From Puniceicoccaceae bacterium (GTDB taxonomy: Bacteria > Verrucomicrobiota > Verrucomicrobiia > Opitutales > Oceanipulchritudinaceae), in the NCBI GenBank assembly GCA_040830765.1, contig JBFOMH010000019.1:143224-207223 (forward strand): a DNA stretch of 64,000 nt, read 5' to 3'. Numbering within the stretch: position 1 is the first letter of the stretch. The letters are not shown here. More model-generated notes on the stretch are below. The model made no database searches, was not told the DNA's origin, and saw nothing but the letters and a program-made list of their open reading frames with translations.

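Noticed and set aside
63991..63993. GTG start assigned to the giant ORF
   Set aside because: The frame is open to the window edge and the codon is a Val inside a repeat unit.
63251..64000. CRISPR array, mobile-element repeat or assembly artefact
   Set aside because: The repeat is 495 bp, in frame, coding, and differs at silent sites. No spacers or transposase.

Overview
The window is almost entirely two co-oriented minus-strand genes for giant, acidic, repetitive, probably extracellular proteins, separated by a ~230 bp intergenic region. Gene 1 (8014..>64000) is an uninterrupted ORF of >18,660 aa whose start lies beyond the window. N to C it has ~15 beta-rich 165-230 aa repeats, ~12 Ig-like repeats, beta-sheet-rich blocks, RTX-like Ca2+-binding repeats, Calx-beta-like and PPC-like domains, ~65-70 copies of a ~95-110 aa module, a second RTX-like block and two ConA/LamG-like domains. 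Gene 2 (<1..7786) is missing from the ORF track because its stop lies outside the window. I translated it by hand: >2,590 aa, with an N-terminal LEPRLLLS motif, an acidic linker ending in RAPP, an alpha/beta-hydrolase domain (AHSFG), a jelly-roll domain, a peptidoglycan-binding-like motif and a degenerate MepA-like peptidase. Most notable are the nested ('Russian doll') domain insertions in both proteins, the lipase plus cell-wall module set in gene 2, a candidate RAPP translation-arrest motif, and alternative pairings in the intergenic RNA that could sequester a strong but out-of-frame Shine-Dalgarno. The LEPR-XLL motif and repeat style suggest a PVC-superphylum-like host (inference). No RNA genes, mobile elements, CRISPR arrays or secretion genes were seen. 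All domain calls are by-eye motif recognition, not database hits.
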